Source: Pseudomonadota bacterium (GTDB lineage: Bacteria; Bdellovibrionota_F; JAHFAK01; JBDREC01). Taken from it: a DNA stretch of 64,000 bases. The stretch lies in contig JBDREC010000103.1 in NCBI GenBank assembly GCA_043820105.1, forward strand, positions 15,405-79,404, read 5' to 3'. Shown piece by piece: positions 58,779 through 64,000 of the stretch. Both the position numbers and the translations under genes were made by a program. The notes under the pieces were generated by a model that was not told the DNA's origin, ran no database searches, and worked only from the letters and a program-made list of their open reading frames with translations. How positions within the stretch are numbered: the first letter of the stretch is position 1; the number at the start of each line of letters is the position of its first letter.

Positions 58779-60287
58779 TCAAGGAAGGGCACAGATGTTC
58801 TCCAGCTCCTCCAAAAGTTTCACCATCGCCAATGTATCCTGACCACAATAAACTTTAAGAGCCTTGTAGATCTTTTCCTTTATTTCTAATTCAGTTGAAT
58901 CTGAGATCATCTCTAAATATTTAAGTGAGGCTATTCCTCCTTCTCCGATTTCAAGATCGTGGTAATTCATGTTGGGAATAAAAGCAGGGAGCACTTTTTT
59001 AATGGATGCTGAACCCTCCTGATTTGGATGATATAAGAAGCGTTGTTTAAATGGGATCAATAGGTCTTTCATTTTTTGGTTAATTTCTAAAAGCTCCTTT
59101 TTATATTCAGGAAAAGCAGCGGCAAGCGATTTGTTGATAGTAGCTTCAAAAGGTTTATTGTAAACTATGACGGTTCCAGCACATTTGCCATTTTTACAAC
59201 AGGATGAAACAAGCATTTTGACCAAACCTGCTCTTGGATCAGAAAATTCATTGTGCAAATATTCAAGGTGTTCAAGTGTGCCACCCTTTTTTTTCTGGAT
59301 ATGCAGAGAAAACTGAAAGGGAACCTGTCCATAGGGTTTTGTTCCATCAAAAAGCGGAATAGCAGGAAAAATAGTTTCATAATCAAGAAAATATAGGGGA
59401 TATTTTAGCAGTTTTAAAAAATCGTCTATTTTTGCTTTATCCTTATAAATTTCACCATTTTGATAACTTTCAATATCAATTCTTTGTTTGCTGCTAAGAT
59501 CAAGGTCTAAAGGGATATCTCCGACCTTAATAATATTTTGATCTAAAAGTTTTTTAAGCTTATTTTTATTTCTTTTAAATATATTATAGACTGAATATTT
59601 TGGGATGCTACTCCAGCAGTAGTCAATAAAATCACAGTCAAAAGGATTGTTACAATGAGAACCCACAGGAATTTCAAACTCTTCAGACTGGGATAATATT
59701 TTCAAAAACTTCTGCACATTTCTTTTTACTTTAGCTTGTCCTTTAATTGCAGCTTCTGTTACATCTTCAAGAACAAAAAATTCAGAAAGATCAATTTCTC
59801 CATTCTTAATAAATTTATTATTTATATGCATTAATATTGATTTATTGATTTTATAGCCCGCGTTTTCAAAAACATACCGTTGAAAAGCAACATCATCAAG
59901 GTGATATTTTGCAACATGAGTGGATTGCTTAACTTCAATCATGTCCCAGCCCTGACCATCAGCTGCCTTTCTAAGAATATCAATCCTGCAAAACAAGCCC
60001 TCTGTGGTTGAAGCAGTTGCCTCAAAAATAATAGCCGAGCCGCCTGCTATATTTTTTTTCGTGGAATCAATAGCACCAGGAATATTTTTGTAATCTTCAG
60101 TAATCTCAATTCCAGCTTTAAAATATTTCTGTGCGAGTTTCCCAACTTCATGTCCCTGATCAAAAGTATGCTGTAAGGATAAAGGTATTTCTTCAGGTAA
60201 AAGATCTTTTCTGTGTTTATGAAGCCAAAGTCTGAGAGGACATTGGCAGCCTAAAAGATAGTTCGATTTTGAAAGTAAAAGTTGCAT
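58779..60287 (-). CDS. Predicted nuclease: Cas4-like PD-(D/E)xK domain with Fe-S Cys ligands fused to DUF2779-like (DnaQ-like) exonuclease domain
   Basis: N-terminal GCQCPLRLWL, RIDIL ... DMIEVKQS, C-terminal CNNPFDCDFIDYC Cys cluster; second half YFLDYETI ... VPFQFSLH. Confidence 0.5.
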   Translation of the reverse strand: MQLLLSKSNYLLGCQCPLRLWLHKHRKDLLPEEIPLSLQHTFDQGHEVGKLAQKYFKAGIEITEDYKNIPGAIDSTKKNIAGGSAIIFEATASTTEGLFCRIDILRKAADGQGWDMIEVKQSTHVAKYHLDDVAFQRYVFENAGYKINKSILMHINNKFIKNGEIDLSEFFVLEDVTEAAIKGQAKVKRNVQKFLKILSQSEEFEIPVGSHCNNPFDCDFIDYCWSSIPKYSVYNIFKRNKNKLKKLLDQNIIKVGDIPLDLDLSSKQRIDIESYQNGEIYKDKAKIDDFLKLLKYPLYFLDYETIFPAIPLFDGTKPYGQVPFQFSLHIQKKKGGTLEHLEYLHNEFSDPRAGLVKMLVSSCCKNGKCAGTVIVYNKPFEATINKSLAAAFPEYKKELLEINQKMKDLLIPFKQRFLYHPNQEGSASIKKVLPAFIPNMNYHDLEIGEGGIASLKYLEMISDSTELEIKEKIYKALKVYCGQDTLAMVKLLEELENICALP

Positions 60288-60727
60288 ATTTTAATCCTTA
60301 TTGATTTAACTCATTTTATTATAATGTATCAGCATGTCAATTAATGACTTCTTTTGTTGTATTTATATTTTTAAAGGATGTTGTTCATAATATGACTTCC
60401 TTTACCAAAAATATCTAAATTTTATTGCTTATTCAGGCTGTATAAATATCCTGATTTTAGTAAAATTGAAACAAATATCTTTATTAATGGATATCCAAAT
60501 AAAATAATCCATGGAACAGAATCGAAAATCCAAAGTAATACCTATTGGAGAAACCATAATAATAGCCAGTTTTCCAGTTTCAGATAGTAAATTTCTCATT
60601 TTAGTGATAAAAGTCTTTTGATCAACTTTTTCACATGACTTTTTTCATGGCAATAACTAAGATATATCACTTATTTAAAAAGCATTCTTTCAAGAGGAGT
60701 TATGGAAGCTAAAAGGAATCAACTACA

Positions 60728-62083
60728 ATGAACAAAAAAGAACTAGACTTCATTATTAAACAAGGTGAAGGTCAGCATATAGAGTTTAAAGAATCTTTTG
60801 ATAAATCTCTTGTTAAAGAAATAATTGCTTTTGCAAATGCTCAAGGGGGCAGGATTTATTTAGGGATAAATGACAAAGGACTAATAAAAGAAATTAATAT
60901 TACAAATTCCTTGAAATCTCAAATTCAGGATATTGCTAAAAATTGTGATCCTTCAATTCTTGTCAATTTAAGTGCATATAAGAATATATTAATTGTTAAT
61001 GTTCATGAAGGAAATGACAAACCTTATTCTTGTTCAAGTGGATTCTATTTAAGGATGGGAGCAAATACACAAAAGTTAACGCGAGATGAAATCATGCAAT
61101 TTGCCATTTCCGAAGGAAAAAAACTGTTTGATGAGCAAATTTGTGATGATTTTGTTTTTTTAGATGATTTTGATGAAGATAAACTGAAAAGTTACTTAAA
61201 AGAAGCAAAAATTGAAAGCGAGCTTGATAATAAATCAATCCTTTTAAACCTTGGTGTTGCAAAACTTATAAATAAGCAATTCAAATTTACGAATGCTGGG
61301 ATACTATTTTTTGCAAAAAAACCTTCAAAATATTTTATGACAACAAAGGTAGTTTGTGCTGAATATGCAACAAACGAAAAAGTTAAAATATTAGATCGTA
61401 AGATTTATGATGAGGGTATTTTAAAAAACCTAAAAAATGCAATTAACTTTATAAGTAAAAGAATTAAAATAGAATTTGAAATTAAATCTGCTAAAAGAAA
61501 GGAAATCCCACAATTTCCAGAGGAAGCTTTTAGAGAAGCAGTTGTTAATGCCATAATGCATAGAGATTATTTTGATAAAACCTCTGAAATTATGATTGAA
61601 TGTTACAGGAATAAAATTGTTGTTTATAATCCCGGAGGACTTGTCAAATGGTTAAGACCCGAAGAATTTGGAAAAATTAGTAAACTTAGAAACCCTTTAA
61701 TTGCTTCACTTTTATCAAGAACAATATATGCTGAAAAAATGGGAACTGGCATAAAAAGAATGAATAAGGCTATGATCAAAGCCGGATTGAAAGAGCCTGC
61801 TTATGAATATTATGACACTTCTTTTTATACACAATTTGATGATAAAAATATCGAAAAAAGAAAAGGGAAAAGTTCGGTGAAAAGTTCGGTAAAAAGTACG
61901 GTGAAAAGTTCGGTGAAAATTCTTAATCTTATTAAAAAAGATGCATATATTACAATTCCAGAAATCGCTAAAACCCTAAATTTAACAACAAGAGCAATTG
62001 AAAAGCAAATAGCAAACTTAAAAAAAACAGGCAAAATAAAAAGAATTGGCCCTGACAAAGGCGGATATTGGGAGGAATTATGA
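60728..62083 (+). CDS. Schlafen/AlbA_2-like domain protein with HATPase_c_4-like domain and wHTH (paralogue 2)
   Basis: KELDFIIKQGEGQHIEFKE ... ANAQGGRIYLGIND; REAVVNAIMHRDYF ... NPGGL ... RNPLIA ... MGTGIKRM; KSSVKSSVKSTVKSSVK linker from a 15-bp tandem repeat. Confidence 0.6.
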   Translation: MNKKELDFIIKQGEGQHIEFKESFDKSLVKEIIAFANAQGGRIYLGINDKGLIKEINITNSLKSQIQDIAKNCDPSILVNLSAYKNILIVNVHEGNDKPYSCSSGFYLRMGANTQKLTRDEIMQFAISEGKKLFDEQICDDFVFLDDFDEDKLKSYLKEAKIESELDNKSILLNLGVAKLINKQFKFTNAGILFFAKKPSKYFMTTKVVCAEYATNEKVKILDRKIYDEGILKNLKNAINFISKRIKIEFEIKSAKRKEIPQFPEEAFREAVVNAIMHRDYFDKTSEIMIECYRNKIVVYNPGGLVKWLRPEEFGKISKLRNPLIASLLSRTIYAEKMGTGIKRMNKAMIKAGLKEPAYEYYDTSFYTQFDDKNIEKRKGKSSVKSSVKSTVKSSVKILNLIKKDAYITIPEIAKTLNLTTRAIEKQIANLKKTGKIKRIGPDKGGYWEEL

Positions 62084-63138
62084 AGGCCACCAAAGAATCC
62101 AATCCTACCTATCAGAATGCAATTACCATAGTTGAGATATTTCTTTATTTAAAGCAGTTTCCAAGAGGTGTTTTATCATCTCAAATACAAGAGGAATATT
62201 ATCAGGATAAGGATGACAGGACCTTTCATAGAGTTAAAAAAGCCCTGGAAGATTTTCTTTTTGATCCTCAAGGTGATAAGGTATTCTTTTTTGAAGGCGA
62301 GGGTAAAAATCAGACTATACGCTTGCATCCAAAGCATTTTAATACCTCTGATGTAATGGAATGGCATCTCTTTGGTTTAATGATGTCCAATGTAATGATG
62401 ACCAACATCAAGGGTGATGTGGATTCCTCGCCTGATATTAAAAGCGGGGTGCTGCAATTGCGTGATCTTATTGTTAGTAATCTTGAAGCTGATTTTTATA
62501 AGAGTAATGCAGATGGTGAAATAAGCGAAGTTAGAGAAAATCTATTAAATAAAATTAAGAAGAAATATTACTGCAAGAAAGTTGGGCAGAAGATTTATGG
62601 CAAAGATGACAAATCAACTGAGATCCTTGATAAAATTACACAGGCTTTATATAAAGAAAACAAGCTAAAGATTCATAAGTATAAAAATGAAAAAAAGAAA
62701 GACTGGGTATTTTCACCTTATACACTTTTATCATATAATGATGCCTTTTATGTAATGGGAAAGCTTGCAAAGGGCTATATGCTTACCCTTGCTATTGACC
62801 GGATTGATGAGCTTGAAGTTTTGAAGAAAACCTTTAATTATCCCAAAGACTATCATCCCTCAGAGATTCTCAATAAAGGCTTTGGAGTAGGGGACGTGAA
62901 TCAGGAGGCTGTTAAAGTTGAGCTCTTGTTTGACCAGGCTGTTTCCTATCTAATCACAGAACGTTTTTGGCATCATTCACAAATGATTACAGAAAAAGAA
63001 GATGGTTCTGTTTTACTGGAAATGGAAGTGCCTGACAGCTTTGAGTTAAGAAAGTTTGTTTTGAGTTTTGGGTCAAATGTGAAAGCATTAGCGCCAGATT
63101 CGCTTGGACAATTTATTAAAGAAGATAAGAGCAAATAG
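62080..63138 (+). CDS. WYL-domain transcriptional regulator (wHTH-WYL-WCX; BrxR/CapW/PafBC-like)
   Basis: N-terminal wHTH, central WVFSPYTLLSYNDAFYVMGK WYL-like segment, C-terminal WCX-like region; start ATG 62080 overlaps upstream stop as ATGA. Confidence 0.5.
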   Translation: MKATKESNPTYQNAITIVEIFLYLKQFPRGVLSSQIQEEYYQDKDDRTFHRVKKALEDFLFDPQGDKVFFFEGEGKNQTIRLHPKHFNTSDVMEWHLFGLMMSNVMMTNIKGDVDSSPDIKSGVLQLRDLIVSNLEADFYKSNADGEISEVRENLLNKIKKKYYCKKVGQKIYGKDDKSTEILDKITQALYKENKLKIHKYKNEKKKDWVFSPYTLLSYNDAFYVMGKLAKGYMLTLAIDRIDELEVLKKTFNYPKDYHPSEILNKGFGVGDVNQEAVKVELLFDQAVSYLITERFWHHSQMITEKEDGSVLLEMEVPDSFELRKFVLSFGSNVKALAPDSLGQFIKEDKSK

Positions 63139-63232
63139 ATAGTATTCCTCTGTTCTAGATTAAGGTAAAACGAACATAGAAGGTTTATTAAGCTGAAACA
63201 TAATAAAGTAATGCGACAATTTGCCCTTTAAT

Positions 63233-63577
63233 TTAAAAACCTACTTCAGTATTTGAGCGGCCTTGAGAACATGTAGTTCCAACATTTGCACTGCCTTCAT
63301 AGCAGCCACCATTTACAACGGTATTATTGTTATTAGTTCCAGCATTGCAAACACCATAATAAAAACTTCCAGATGTATTTGATGGTCCAGTGTAACATCC
63401 GCGGTTAACGCCTACATTGGCTCCAGTTCCGGTTGAACAATAAGAATCTCCGCTTATTCCACTTCCGGATCCGCAAAGGGTGTTGGATGCTATGCTTCCA
63501 CTTGCACCTGAACCTGTATAGCAATAGTTTAAGCCAGGCAATGAAATGTTTATAAGCTTAGGCGTTAGGTATTTCAT
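63233..63577 (-). CDS. Small Cys/Gly/Ser/Asn-rich protein with conserved MKY... N-terminus (paralogue 2)
   Basis: ATG at 63575-63577 with GGAGA RBS 8 nt upstream; Cys at regular approx 13-residue intervals; paralogue of 44713-45000. Confidence 0.55.
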   Translation of the reverse strand: MKYLTPKLINISLPGLNYCYTGSGASGSIASNTLCGSGSGISGDSYCSTGTGANVGVNRGCYTGPSNTSGSFYYGVCNAGTNNNNTVVNGGCYEGSANVGTTCSQGRSNTEVGF

Positions 63578-63758
63578 TATTTTTTTCTCCAGAATATTAG
63601 AATAAAAACCCAATAATAATGCTCATGTATTTGAGTTCTTTTATTTATTATTTTATACCTATTTGCAAACAAAAAACTATATAAAATTAAAAATATGCAC
63701 TTTTCCATTCTGTGGTATTTTCCTGATAGTTTTGAATATAGTTAAATATTATGTTTAC

Positions 63759-63986
63759 TTACATCTTTCCATTACAATACCACCTGGTTTTGCCATCAAC
63801 TTTTTCAGAATAAATTGGAACACCTGCTTTTTCAATAGCTTCAATGTCCCTGCGTAAAGTTCTTAAAGATACCTTGAAATCTAAAATAATTTTTTGATGA
63901 ATATCTTCAAGGCTTACTCCAAACCTTGCTTTTTCTATAATTTTACAGATTCTTAAAATCCTTGCTACCTGATCTCCTCTGGCCAT
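63759..63986 (-). CDS. Small HTH DNA-binding protein (DeoR/HTH_11-like, resembling the N-terminal domain of WYL regulators)
   Basis: ATG at 63986 with GGAGG RBS 5 nt upstream; ARFGVSLEDIHQKIILDFKVSLRTLRRDIEAIEKAGVPI HTH pattern; 75 aa only. Confidence 0.5.
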   Translation of the reverse strand: MARGDQVARILRICKIIEKARFGVSLEDIHQKIILDFKVSLRTLRRDIEAIEKAGVPIYSEKVDGKTRWYCNGKM

Positions 63987-64000
63987 AGATGCCTCCCGAC

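Noticed and set aside
58600-58780. Intein or split-dnaE arrangement to explain the truncated DnaE
   Set aside because: The ORF ends in ordinary polymerase sequence with no intein-like block, and the break is downstream of the GYGFNK site where the cyanobacterial split occurs.

Overview
AT-rich (roughly 30% GC) segment of a diderm bacterial chromosome, read by eye with no searches run, so family names rest on motifs visible in the translations. 1-20 kb is mostly housekeeping: M50 protease, scpA-scpB, pseudouridine synthase, trpS, gltX, surE-pcm-nlpD, transaldolase and tolR-tolA-tolB-pal, interrupted by a secreted metzincin and a thrombospondin-type-3 calcium-binding lipoprotein. 20-32 kb is signalling: a Hanks-type Ser/Thr kinase, RseC-like protein, hybrid histidine kinase, sigma-54 activator, a second histidine kinase and a GD-repeat LamG-like lipoprotein. 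32-48 kb is accessory: an IS4/IS5-type element, a radical-SAM gene cluster with a small peptide gene, a lysine-2,3-aminomutase / two ATP-grasp ligases / GNAT cluster, an internally deleted mini-IS with perfect 24-bp inverted repeats, and a REP-associated tyrosine transposase flanked by REP-like repeats. From 48.9 kb a 5'-truncated tRNA-Leu fragment marks the edge of an island carrying two Schlafen/AlbA_2-like ATPase genes, an AIPR-like plus DUF1643-like pair, a C-terminally truncated dnaE, a Cas4-like/DUF2779 nuclease, a WYL regulator and one of two paralogous Cys-rich small proteins. The strongest candidates for an undescribed system are the radical-SAM cluster, the KamA/ATP-grasp/GNAT cluster, and the defence-like island.
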